64,000 nucleotides of DNA from NCBI GenBank assembly GCA_002269645.1, contig NIVC01001124.1, positions 62,001-126,000 of the forward strand, given 5' to 3'. Shown piece by piece: positions 52,801-64,000 of the stretch. The notes under the pieces are model-generated. The model was not told the DNA's origin. It was given only the letters and a program-made list of their open reading frames with translations, and did not search any database. The stretch's first letter is position 1. Each line of letters starts with the position of its first letter. A program made the position numbers and the translations under genes. Source of the stretch: Macrostomum lignano. Taxonomy: Eukaryota.

Positions 52801-55800
52801 CAGGCAGCTGGCTTACCTGGCAGGGCGGCTAGAGATTATCGCACGGGAAAAAATCGAAGTGGGTTTTCTTTGTCACACAAGTTGCGGTTGGCTTCTGGCC
52901 AGGCTTTTAATCGCTTTTCATGTACGTGAAGAAATCAATAAAAATCAAACAAAGATAGACAATGGTTTAATATAAAGAATAACTAATAACTAAATATAAA
53001 ATGCTTCGATAAAGTCAAGTAAATAATATAAAGTAAAAGTTAATCGTTAAAATAGTTTCCTATTTGTTTTACAAGTAAAAAAATCATGCAACAAACTATA
53101 CCCGACTCTAACTATAAGAAATAGTAACTAAAATGCCCTAAATTAAACAATAAAATATCTGATACGTTGACGCAGTGGTGTAGCAGCCACCGCTGTACTT
53201 ACATTTTACAGCACACCAGTCCTAGGTTTACAGAACACCAGTCCTAGGTTAACAGCACACCAACCCTAGGTTTACAGAACACCAGCCCTAGGGACACAGC
53301 ACACCAACCCTAGGTTTACAGCACACAAACCCTCGGTTTACAGCACAATAGAACTAGGTTTACAGCACAGAAGCCCTAATTTTACAGCACACCAGCCCTA
53401 GGTTTACAGCACACAAACCCTCGGTTTACAGCACAATAGAACTAGGTTTACAGCACAGAAGCCCTAATTTTACAGCACACCAGCCCTAGGTTTACAGCAC
53501 ACCAACCCTAGGTGTACAGCACACCAGCCCTAGGTTTACAGCACACCAACCCTAGGTTTACAGCACACCAACCCTAGGTTTACAGCACACCAACCCTAGG
53601 TTTACAGCACACCAACCCTAGGTTTACAGCACACCAACCCTAGGTTTACAGAACACCAACCCTAGGTTTACAGAACACCAACCCTAGGTGTACAGCACAC
53701 CAGTCCTAGGTTTACAGAACACCAGTCCTAGGTTAACAGAACACCAGTCCTAGGTTAACAGAACACCAGCCCTAGGGACACAGCACACCAACCCTAGGTT
53801 TACAGCACACCAACCCTATGTTTACAGCACACCAACCCTAGGTTTACAGAACACCAACCCTAGGTTTACAACACACCAACCCTAGGTGTACAGCACACCA
53901 GCCCTAGGTTTACAGCACACCAACCCTAGGTTTACAGCACACCAACCCTAGGTTTACAGCACACCAACCCTAGGTTTACAGCACACCAACCCTAGGTGTA
54001 CAGCACACCAACCCTAGGTTTACAGCACACCAACCCTAGGTTTACAGCACACCAACCCTAGGTTTACAGAACACCAGCCCTAGGTGTACAGCACACCAGC
54101 CCTAGGGTCACAGCACACCAGCCCTAGGGTCACAGCACACCAGCCCTAGGGTCACAGCACACCAGCCCTAGGGTCACAGCACACCAGCCCTAGGGTCACA
54201 GCACACCAGCCCTAGGGTCACAGCACACCAGCCCTAGGGTCACAGCACACCAGCCCTAGGGTCACAGCACACCAGCCCTAGGGTCACAGCACACCAGCCC
54301 TAGGGTCACAGCACACCAGCCCTAGGGTCACAGCACACCAGCCCTAGGGTCACAGCACACCAGCCCTAGGGTCACAGCACACCAGCCCTAGGGTCACAGC
54401 ACACCAGCCCTAGGGTCACAGCACACCAGCCCTAGGGTCACAGCACACCAGCCCTAGGGTCACAGCACACCAGCCCTAGGGTCACAGCACACCAGCCCTA
54501 GGGTCACAGCACACCAGCCCTAGGGTCACAGCACACCAGCCCTAGGGTCACAGCACACCAGCCCTAGGGTCACAGCACACCAGCCCTAGGGTCACAGCAC
54601 ACCAGCCCTAGGGTCACAGCACACCAGCCCTAGGGTCACAGCACACCAGCCCTAGGGTCACAGCACACCAGCCCTAGGGTCACAGCACACCAGCCCTAGG
54701 GTCACAGCACACCAGCCCTAGGGTCACAGCACACCAGCCCTAGGGTCACAGCACACCAGCCCTAGGGTCACAGCACACCAGCCCTAGGTGTACAGCACAC
54801 CAGCCCTAGGGTCACAGCACACCAGCCCTAGGTGTACAGCACACCAGCCCTAGGGTCACAGCACACCAGCCCTAGGTGTACAGCACACCAGCCCTAGGGT
54901 CACAGCACACCAGCCCTAGGGTCACAGCACACCAGCCCTAGGGTCACAGCACACCAGCCCTAGGGTCACAGCACACCAGCCCTAGGGTCACAGCACACCA
55001 GCCCTAGGGTCACAGCACACCAGCCCTAGGGTCACAGCACACCAGCCCTAGGGTCACAGCACACCAGCCCTAGGTGTACAGCACACCAGCCCTAGGGTCA
55101 CAGCACACCAGCCCTAGGTGTACAGCACACCAGCCCTAGGGTCACAGCACACCAGCCCTAGGTGTACAGCACACCAGCCCTAGGGTCACAGCACACCAGC
55201 CCTAGGGTCACAGCACACCAGCCCTAGGGTCACAGCACACCAGCCCTAGGGTCACAGCACACCAGCCCTAGGGTCACAGCACACCAGCCCTAGGGTCACA
55301 GCACACCAGCCCTAGGGTCACAGCACACCAGCCCTAGGGTCACAGCACACCAGCCCTAGGGTCACAGCACACCAGCCCTAGGGTCACAGCACACCAGCCC
55401 TAGGGTCACAGCACACCAGCCCTAGGGTCACAGCACACCAGCCCTAGGTGTACAGCACACCAGCCCTAGGGTCACAGCACACCAGCCCTAGGTGTACAGC
55501 ACACCAGCCCTAGGGTCACAGCACACCAGCCCTAGGTGTACAGCACACCAGCCCTAGGGTCACAGCACACCAGCCCTAGGGTCACAGCACACCAGCCCTA
55601 GGGTCACAGCACACCAGCCCTAGGGTCACAGCACACCAGCCCTAGGTGTACAGAACACCAGCCCTAGGGTCACAGCACACCAGCCCTAGGTGTACAGAAC
55701 ACCAGCCCTAGGGTCACAGCACACCAGCCCTAGGGTCACAGCATACTTATTAAAAGATACGCATGCTGTATGCCAATCACCAAGATATCAAAAACAAAAA

Positions 55801-57233
55801 TCCTATAACTTAAAAACCACGCTTTAGTACTTTCAATGCGTTACGCTTTAGCGTCAGAAACACCAGTGCAGGACTCACAGGTATTCCTGCGCTGCAGTCC
55901 GAAGATCTTGTCCAGCGGAATGTCCGTCCTGGGCAGGGTGACCGCACTTGGCGGCAGAAGGATTTCGCCCAGGATGCCAAAGTTGCAGTCGAGCGGCACC
56001 GCCCGATGGCAGCCGGCGTGAGCGGTGAGGCCGCACCATTCGCAGCGGTAGCCGCTGAGGCACTCAGAGCTCCAGCAGGTGCGCTTGCAGACGGCGCACT
56101 TGGAGTTGCCGGGCAGGTTGCCCTCCCGCCAGTGATGGTAATGATTCTTTGAAGGACAGGTGAGGCGGGATGTCTTTGCTTCATTGGCATGGACTGACGA
56201 CCAGTCAAGGAGAGGTTCTGCACCAGCCCGAGGAGGGTTGAGGACCGGCCTGAAGGAGTTGAGGACCGGCCTGAAGGGGTTGAGGACCAGCCTGAAGGGG
56301 TTGACGACCGGCCTGAACGGGTTGAGGACCGGCCTGAAGGGGTTGAGGACTAGCCTGAAGGGGTTGAGGATCGGCCTGAAGGGGTTGAGGACTAGCCTGA
56401 AGGGGTTGAGGACCGGCCTGAAGGGGTTGAGGACCGGCCTGAAGGGGTTGAGGACCGGCCTGAAGGGGTTGAGGACCGGCCTGAAGGGGTTGAGGACCGG
56501 CCTGAAAGGGTTGAGGACCGGCCTGAAAGGGTTGAAGACGAGTCTAAAGAGATTGAGGACAAGCTAGCCAAGCTACCTAGCAACCTGAAGGTTGAATACC
56601 TGAAGGAGGTTTGTGGGCCACTCTGAGGCTAAATGTATGGGCAAACCGAGTTCAAGAGACTGGATTACAAATGGACGTAAATAGCTGCAAAAAGAACCTT
56701 ATAAATGATATCGACTGAATCATTGATATTTGACTGAATTTCAAATTGGAAAGCAGTCTTATGCTGTAAGAATAGAATCAGAAATAGCCAGATGAAATCG
56801 CACTCACCTGATGAGTGCCCGGATAAAACGTGGCGCACTCTTTGCAGTCGTTAGTGACAAAATCCTGACACTCCAGGTGGCAATAGTACTCGCAGACTGG
56901 AAATAGGGAGAAGACAAAGCAAGTGCAAAGCATTTGGAACCCACTTGTATTGATTTTTCCGATCTCTACTTTTAGGCATGGTCTTTTGATGCTATAGTCA
57001 AAAGAAACTGATGACAGATAAAGGATGGAAAGAGAAATACAGAGCGCCAAATGGAAGTTTAATGCAAATGGGTTTCGATTTATGTCTTGGTGTCATTTTC
57101 TGACTTTTGTAGAACCAAAGGGAGAGAGGAAGGAGAGACAGGAAGGAGAGACAGGAAGGAGAGACAGGAGGAGAGAGAGAGAGGGGAAGGGGAAAGAAAA
57201 GAAAGAGAGAGGAAGAAGAAGGACAGAGAGGAA

Positions 57234-57302
<69 letters not shown>

Positions 57303-60197
57303 GAGGGGAGGGGAGAGAAAGGAGAGAGAGGAAAGAGAAAGAGGAAGGAGAGATAGGAAGGAGAGAGAGGAAAGAGAAAGAGGAAGGAGAGATAGGAAGG
57401 AGAGAGAGGAAAGAGAAAGAGGAAGGAGAGATAGGAAGAAGAGAGAGGAAGAAGAGGGAGAAGAGGGAGAGGAAAGCGAGAGAGGAAGAAGAGGGAGAGG
57501 AAGGAGAGGGAGAGGAAGGAGAGAGAGGAAGAAGAGGGAGAGAGAGGAAGGAGAGAGAGGAAGGAGAGGGAGAGAGAGGAAGGAGAGAGAAAAGGAGAGA
57601 GAGGAAGGGGAGAGGGAGAGAGAGGAAGGAGAGAGAGGAAGAAGAGAGAGAGGAAGGAGAGGGAGAGAGAGGAAGGAGAGAGAGGAAGAAGAGGGAGAGG
57701 AAAGCGAGAGAGGAAGAAGAGAGGAGGAAGGAGAGAGAGGAAGAAGAGGGAGAGGAAGGAGAGGGAGAGGAAGGAGAGAGAGGAAAGAGAAAGAGGAAGG
57801 AGAGATAGGAAGGAGAGAGAGGAAAGAGAAAGAGGAAGGAGAGATAGGAAGGAGAGAGAGGAAAGAGAAAGAGGAAGGAGAGATAGGAAGGAGAGAGAGG
57901 AAAGAGAAAGAGGAAGGAGAGATAGGAAGGAGAGAGAGGAAAGAGAAAGAGGAAGGAGAGATAGGAAGGAGAGAGAGGAAAGAGAAAGAGGAAGGAGAGA
58001 TAGGAAGGAGAGAGAGGAAAGAGAAAGAGGAAGGAGAGATAGGAAGGAGAGAGAGGAAAGAGAAAGAGGAAGGAGAGATAGGAAGAAGAGAGAGGAAGAA
58101 GAGGGAGAAGAGGGAGAGGAAAGCGAGAGAGGAAGAAGAGGGAGAGGAAGGAGAGGGAGAGGAAGGAGAGAGAGGAAGAAGAGGGAGAGAGAGGAGAGAG
58201 AGAGGAGGAGAGGGAGAGAGAGGAAGGAGAGAGAAAAGGAGAGAGAGGAAGGGGAGAGGGAGAGAGAGGAAGGAGAGAGAGGAAGAAGAGAGAGAGGAAG
58301 GAGAGGGAGAGAGAGGAAGGAGAGAGAGGAAGAAGAGGGAGAGGAAAGCGAGAGAGGAAGAAGAGAGGAGGAAGGAGAGAGAGGAAGAAGAGGGAGAGGA
58401 AGGAGAGGGAGAGGAAGGAGAGAGAGGAAGAAGAGGGAGAGGAAGGAGAGGGAGAGGAAGGAGAGGGAGAGGAAGGAGAGAGAGGAAGAAGAGGGAGAGG
58501 AAAGCGAGAGAGGAAGAAGAGGGAGAGGAAGGAGAGGGAGAGGAAGGAGAGAGAGGAAGAAGAGGGAGAGAGAGGAAGGAGAGAGAGGAAGGAGAGGGAG
58601 AGAGAGGAAGGAGAGAGAAAAGGAGAGAGAGGAAGGGGAGAGGGAGAGAGAGGAAGGAGAGAGAGGAAGAAGAGAGAGAGGAAGGAGAGGGAGAGAGAGG
58701 AAGGAGAGAGAGGAAGAAGAGGGAGAGGAAAGCGAGAGAGGAAGAAGAGAGGAGGAAGGAGAGAGAGGAAGAAGAGGGAGAGGAAGGAGAGGGAGAGGAA
58801 GGAGAGAGAGGAAGAAGAGGGAGAGGAAGGAGAGGGAGAGGAAGGAGAGGGAGAGGAAGGAGAGAGAGGAAGAAGAGGGAGAGGAAAGCGAGAGAGGAAG
58901 AAGAGGGAGAGGAAGGAGAGGGAGAGGAAGGAGAGAGAGGAAGAAGAGGGAGAGAGAGGAAGGAGAGAGAGGAAGGAGAGGGAGAGAGAGGAAGGAGAGA
59001 GAAAAGGAGAGAGAGGAAGGGGAGAGGGAGAGAGAGGAAGGAGAGAGAGGAAGAAGAGAGAGAGGAAGGAGAGGGAGAGAGAGGAAGGAGAGAGAGGAAG
59101 AAGAGGGAGAGGAAAGCGAGAGAGGAAGAAGAGGGAGAGGAAGGAGAGGGAGAGGAAGGAGAGAGAGGAAGAAGAGGGAGAGAGAGGAAGGAGAGAGAGG
59201 AAGGAGAGGAGAGAGAGGAAGGAGAGAGAAAAGGAGAGAGAGGAAGGGGAGAGGGAGAGAGAGGAAGGAGAGAGAGGAAGAAGAGAGAGAGGAAGGAGAG
59301 GGAGAGAGAGGAAGGAGAGAGAGGAAGAAGAGGGAGAGGAAAGCGAGAGAGGAAGAAGAGAGGAGGAAGGAGAGAGAGGAAGAAGAGGGAGAGGAAGAAG
59401 AGGGAGAGGAAGGAGAGGGAGAGGAAGGAGAGAGAGGAAGAAGAGGGAGAGGAAGGAGAGAGAGGAAGAAGAGGGAGAGAGAGGAAGGAGAGAGAGGAAG
59501 GAGAGGGAGAGAGAGGAAGGAGAGAGAAAAGGAGAGAGAGGAAGGAGAGAGGGAGAGAGAGGAAGAAGAGAGAGGAAGGAGAGGAGGAGAGAGAGGAAGG
59601 AGAGAGGGAGAGAGAGGAAGGAGAGAGAGGAAGGAGAGAGAGGAAGGAGAGAGGAAGGAGAGAGAGGAAGGAGAGAGAGGAAGAAGAGGGAGAGGAAGGA
59701 GATCAATAGGCGAGCAATAGGAAAAGGGCGCAGAGTGGAAGTGGAAGGAGAAGGAGAGCACAGAAGCAGCAGACAGAGTCGTCGCGCTCACTCTCGCATC
59801 GCACAGCCGCAAAATCTTCCAATCGTTTGCGGCAGACGTTGCAAAATTTGCGCTTAAAATGTCCCGGATCGCTCCAACAGTGGGAGATTGGCACCATGAC
59901 CAGACTTGGGGCCAGAGTGGAACAGGGCGACAGCACGGATTTCAGGCAGCGATCGTGCACCGTGAAGGAGCACAGGCTGCAGGTGAAGCCCTGAGACAGC
60001 AGGCCCCAGAGCATCTCGGCGCAGTGATGGCAGTAGGTTGGCCGGTGGAAAGTTCTCTTAATGAAGCTGTGGCCGTGGCCGGCAGAGTATTCTGGCTCGG
60101 TGGATTCCCAGGCATCTGTGCCGCCGTTTCTGTCCGAGGCGTCCATTGGAGAGGTCTCGTTGTCTGGGGAGGCGGCTGCCTCGGCGGCGGTTGACAT
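37861..60197 (-). CDS. DGKQ: Diacylglycerol kinase theta (type V DGK; 3 C1 domains, RA region, catalytic and accessory domains), ~972-976 aa
   Basis: Exons in transcription order: 60197-59792, 56896-56808, 56146-55879, [52828-52817 candidate microexon], 50649-50483, 49466-48794, 48061-47737, 42818-42576, 42026-41893, 41040-40697, 40326-40243, 38046-37861. All are GT-AG and phase-consistent. Motifs: [81 protein letters not shown]. Confidence 0.95.
38068..38413. repeat. 29-bp tandem repeat (DGK intron)
   Basis: (GGCTGGCTGCTCAGCCTGAGGATCTGGGA)n. Confidence 0.9.
39085..39815. repeat. 24-bp tandem repeat (DGK intron)
   Basis: (GAGCAGTGTGTGAGCAGACATTGT)n. Confidence 0.92.
40380..40680. repeat. 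~43-bp tandem repeat (DGK intron)
   Basis: (ACAGTGGGGCAGAGGGACAGACAGCCACCCCACTCCCGCACGT)n, about 7 copies. Confidence 0.85.
41445..41665. repeat. Degenerate ~23-bp tandem repeat (DGK intron)
   Basis: Recurrent CACCCATACTTAGCAC/TATTAACCC units. Confidence 0.7.
42135..42497. repeat. 26-bp tandem repeat (DGK intron)
   Basis: (TGACTGACTAACAGGTGAATATCTCA)n, about 14 near-identical copies. Confidence 0.92.
42885..45320. repeat. 2.4-kb 16-bp minisatellite (DGK intron)
   Basis: GGGACTGGAGTTCACT and GGGACTGGAGTTCATA variants interspersed. Confidence 0.95.
46222..47720. repeat. ~24-27-bp degenerate minisatellite (DGK intron)
   Basis: (GGGATATTTGCTGTCAGTGGGATG)n with variants. Confidence 0.92.
48232..48670. 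repeat. 40-bp tandem repeat (DGK intron)
   Basis: (GAACTCGGGACCTTATCAGTCTTACACGTACGTGAGAATC)n. Confidence 0.9.
49730..50165. repeat. 21-bp tandem repeat (DGK intron)
   Basis: (AAAATGAGTGCCTGCGGCGCC)n. Confidence 0.9.
50762..51218. repeat. 22-bp tandem repeat (DGK intron)
   Basis: (TGATTGACATTCCAACTCTCCC)n. Confidence 0.92.
51707..52745. repeat. 19-bp tandem repeat (DGK intron)
   Basis: (GACTAGCCATAGAGACAGA)n with CAC/GAC and CATAG/CACAG variants. Confidence 0.92.
53205..55742. repeat. 2.5-kb 22-bp minisatellite (DGK intron)
   Basis: TTTACAGCACACCAACCCTAGG variants on the left; homogeneous CACAGCACACCAGCCCTAGGGT on the right. Confidence 0.95.
56238..56545. repeat. 21-bp tandem repeat (DGK intron)
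   Basis: (GAGGACCGGCCTGAAGGGGTT)n. Confidence 0.9.
57120..59703. repeat. 2.6-kb almost pure polypurine/polypyrimidine tract (DGK intron 1)
   Basis: G/A-only units (GAGAGAGGAAGGA..., (GA)n) with internal block duplications; source of the spurious 902-aa and 910-aa Ser/Leu/Pro ORFs. Confidence 0.95.
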
Positions 60198-63100
60198 TGC
60201 GTGCGAGTGCAGCGTTTGTATCAATAGGGATCAAAAGAGGCCAGCAGGGATTAAAGAGAGCCTTTGCAACGCACTTCGCTCTCGTCTCGCCAATAAACAG
60301 TGAAGATGAGGGAGGCGCTGTCAAACTTGGCAATGAGGATGCTGGCTCATCTACAGAAACAGGGGTATTGTAGATTGTAGAAATGCTAAAATGTTTCTTA
60401 TGGTAAGTATCAATGATAAGCAGAGTATATACATATTGAATGTTATAATAAAATCATTATAATACAGTTTCTATTATATCCTGCTTACCCTAAAAATTTA
60501 ATGGGAGCTCAAGAATTTCATTCTTTCCTATCTCTTTCTAGACAATCATAAAATGAAAATGCAATGTATATAAAAATGCATCAACTGCTAATCTATGTAG
60601 ATATATAATGTAACTGGTATTTACATGAATATAGATTTTTAAACTGATTTTAAGGAACTAGAACCTAATGAAAACCAGAATCTTGAATTCCAGTATAGAA
60701 ACAGCCAAAGCAAAGCAAGACATTGGGGCAAAAAACTTTGCCCCAAGAAACCCTTTGCAGAAAAACTTTAGCAAGAAACCTGCCTGCAGGAAAATCTGAT
60801 AGACACATATAAATCAATATCAGTTATTTGCAAGGTATAACTAGAAACTTCAAGTCAAATATATTGTATTGTAATACAATATCTGGTTCATTAGAAAGTT
60901 CTCATAGTTTATGCAATGTTATATGATCAACCAATTTTTCAATATACCAAATGATAGATATAGTCTATACCTATATATATATATATCTTCATTTTATATA
61001 GAGAAAACATTCTAAAAAGTCTATCCAGATATTCAGAATATTCTGAAAATTTTCAAAACTGCAAGTTTTTTAAAACTTTCGAATAATACTATATTAAAAC
61101 TTTAAGAATATAAAATGGTTAGAATTTTTTATAAACAATTTTGACTTTGTAAAGGGTTTTAATAATGTTAATTTTGACCTTTAACTCTTCTTTCATAGCT
61201 TAAACCTAAATCTATATAGCCTAGAATGTATAAAGAATAATGAATCAATATAATTACCAAAACATAAAAAATGAAGTTTTTAGGATATAGAGATTATTAC
61301 ATATAATATATAATTTTGCTAGAATAATTTAAGCATAATTCTAAGAACATTACAACTTGCTATAAAACATATAATTATTTATAAATCTAACTTGTATTTT
61401 TAAATGCTATGTTTTGATACATTTTATGTAGATTCATACTTTGAAATAGTACATATAGGCCTAGCATTTACATAAAATATAAAAAACATATATATTATTT
61501 TCCAAAAATTTATTTAGGATTGGCATATACTGTGCCACCTTTCTAACTATAACTATGTTTATTTTTGTGTATTAGGGATGTTATAGTATCCTGAATTTCA
61601 AAATCATATCTTCAAATTAGACCTTAGATATGATTTTGCTTTTTAGCATTAATAAAAACCTAGGCTAGGCCTAGGTGTTTTTTTATGCAATAGAGATACT
61701 AATCATATTTTGACTTTCTAAATTGCATACTAAAATTTGACACTGATGCGATTTTGCATCTTAGTGCTAACAAAAAACCTAGACTATAAACTTAATCTAA
61801 AGTTTATTAAATATAAAAAATTAATTCAAATAAAAAGCAAAGTTTAGTACCTTGATTTTCTTTGCCTTATAATAGATATGAAACCAGAGACAGTATAGTA
61901 TTCCCAATTTAATTGGGAGCAATAGATAGATGACCACCCTTCTATCCAAATGAATTTATAGAATTTGAACATAATATTGCTAAAATCTTATAAATGCATT
62001 ATATATATGCTTGAGTTTTATAGGGTAGTTACCTTTTCCTTGGCCTTTCCCAAAGGACAAAAGAGAGTGTGTGCCCCAAAAAGAATAGGAGACTTTTAGG
62101 AAAATAGTCATTTAGGGGCTTTAGCCCTATTATCCCTTGAATTATCATAGCAAAGGAGTTAGAATTCATTGAATTGGGAAATAATTATATGTAAAAAATA
62201 CAAAAAGCTTGCATGCATAGTAGCCATCCACCCAATGTTTTAATTGCATACATGGCAGCTATCTTATATATAGTAAGTCATATATTGTTTGAATTAATAT
62301 TCAAATTAACAAAAAATAACAATGAATTAAGATTATATTTAGTATACATGGTGTATATAAAATCTAGGTTTATTTTTTGTGTGCTAAATATGCAAATTTT
62401 AAAATTCCACCCTGAAATTAAAAAGTGGATGTGGTTTAGGTGCAGTCTCTTAACCTGTTTTTCCATTAAAGCCTCATTTGCACTGCCTTAAAATAAAAAA
62501 GAGAAATTGCACCCTGGCCTTAAATCATATCTTAAAATTGAGCATAGGGAACAATTTTGCACCTTGTCTCTGGTGAAAAGTAAATCCTGTATGGGATAAA
62601 ACATTATAAAACAATATATTAACAAAAATTTTTTGATCAGGTTTAGTTAGTAGCAATGCAAAAATTTGAGAAAAGGGTCCAATTTACTATAGTGCAATAT
62701 AGGGCCTATAACCAGCTGCCAACTGCCGTGCTCGCAATTAAAACACTAGGTGGACAGCTGCTGTGCACACAAGCTCTCCGAAAAAATATAGGCATTTGCC
62801 TAGGTCTAAGACAAATACACTTTATTCCGGTACTAAGTTACAGTACTCTAGTTTTTAAACTACAAGGTAACATTGTGGTTATTCTGTAACGTCATAAATA
62901 GCAGGATTTTCTTTAATTCAAGTTCTAGAACTGTTTCAATCAATGTCATTTGAATTTGAACCTAAGCTAAGCTAAACAGAAACAGAAGCTAAACAGAAGG
63001 TGAAGATACAGAGGAAAGGTTGAAAAAACGACTAGATCGTTTAGAAAATTATAGTCTGCTTTTTGTAGGTTATAAATTTTAATTATAATAAAAACCATAA

Positions 63101-64000
63101 AAAATAAATGTACTGTGATCATAGATTCATGGACATGGCGGTGTGGGGTTTCGTTTAATATTTAAGCCTAAGGATACTTACCATATTTTTGTGAACTTCA
63201 AATGAAAAATATGTAAATGAGCTCAATGACTTTGACAAATCTTGAATGACTAGAATAAAATGCTATAAAATCTATAATTTAATCTACATAATAAAAATAT
63301 AAATGGTCCCATTCGCTGCTGTTTCGAAGAAAAAACATAATGTTTAAATTTTCTAAATATTTTTAGTTTTCGTAACGTTTCTATTCGTAATTTTTCCGGG
63401 TTTTACGCGCAAAACACAACAAAGTCGATTTTTTTATATAGTTGAGCAGAAAAAAGAAATATCCATATTTTAAATTATACAGGATATCAAGAGTCAACAA
63501 AAAAGTTCATGCATGTGCGTTTTTTATTTAACACTTAAGATTCGATAGTTACTTTATGGTATTTGTTCATCTTACAAATAACATGAATAAACAAGCAACA
63601 AAACATGTGAAATAAATTGATGACATCGTATTGAGCCTAGTTATCGAATTGGGTGCATATGTATTGATAAAAATAAGAATATTATTTCGTTCTTTCTAGG
63701 GTATCGTTATTGAATTGGCAGTAAAAGCAAATGACAGGATAAAATTAAATTACAAATTTTAGAGGATTAGAATTATTGTTTGCAATATTTATGCATGTAT
63801 AAGAGTATGTATATGTGTATGTACACGTTAAAATTCTGAGTTACGAGCTATAAATATTAAAATTAAGAAAAATATTTATCACTCTCAGCCAGCTGTCTTT
63901 GGGTTATTTTATATCTCTTTAGTTACATGATCTGCACATTCATTCCCTGCACAGCCTATTAGCCCGTGTATACAACTGTTCTACCGTCATGTCGCAACTG

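Noticed and set aside
53205-54100. Interstitial telomeric repeat (AACCCT)
   Set aside because: AACCCTA occurs once per 22-bp unit, not as tandem TTAGGG.
56998-59812. 902-aa and 910-aa Ser/Leu/Pro ORFs
   Set aside because: They are read-through of a CT-only tract, which cannot contain stop codons; they lie in DGK intron 1.

Overview
Eukaryotic (animal) genomic DNA, not prokaryotic. It has GT-AG spliced genes with mostly GC-rich exons and introns filled with minisatellites; the style resembles macrostomid flatworms such as Macrostomum, but the taxon is an inference. I reconstructed gene models by hand from splice sites and frame continuity. (1) ZC3H15/DFRP1, + strand, 4 exons, 2098-10276, about 412 aa. 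(2) A PDZ-domain gene starting at 12826 (+), plus a Q/P-rich multi-exon coding unit at 24995-27819 that may be its 3' half or a separate gene. (3) A disabled DEG/ENaC channel gene at 29393-33419 (+) with two nonsense codons, a frameshift and missing exons. (4) A complete diacylglycerol kinase theta, - strand, 37861-60197, 11 exons plus a candidate 12-nt microexon, about 972-976 aa. There are two Ty3/Gypsy remnants, a small LTR-like insert, and about 27 distinct tandem arrays, the largest a 7.7 kb 23-bp satellite. The most unusual signal is three dispersed ~60-bp copies of the 28S rRNA segment that holds the R2/I-PpoI target site; their flanks are conserved but the cleavage core is scrambled differently in each copy. 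No tRNA, intact rRNA gene or CRISPR array was seen.
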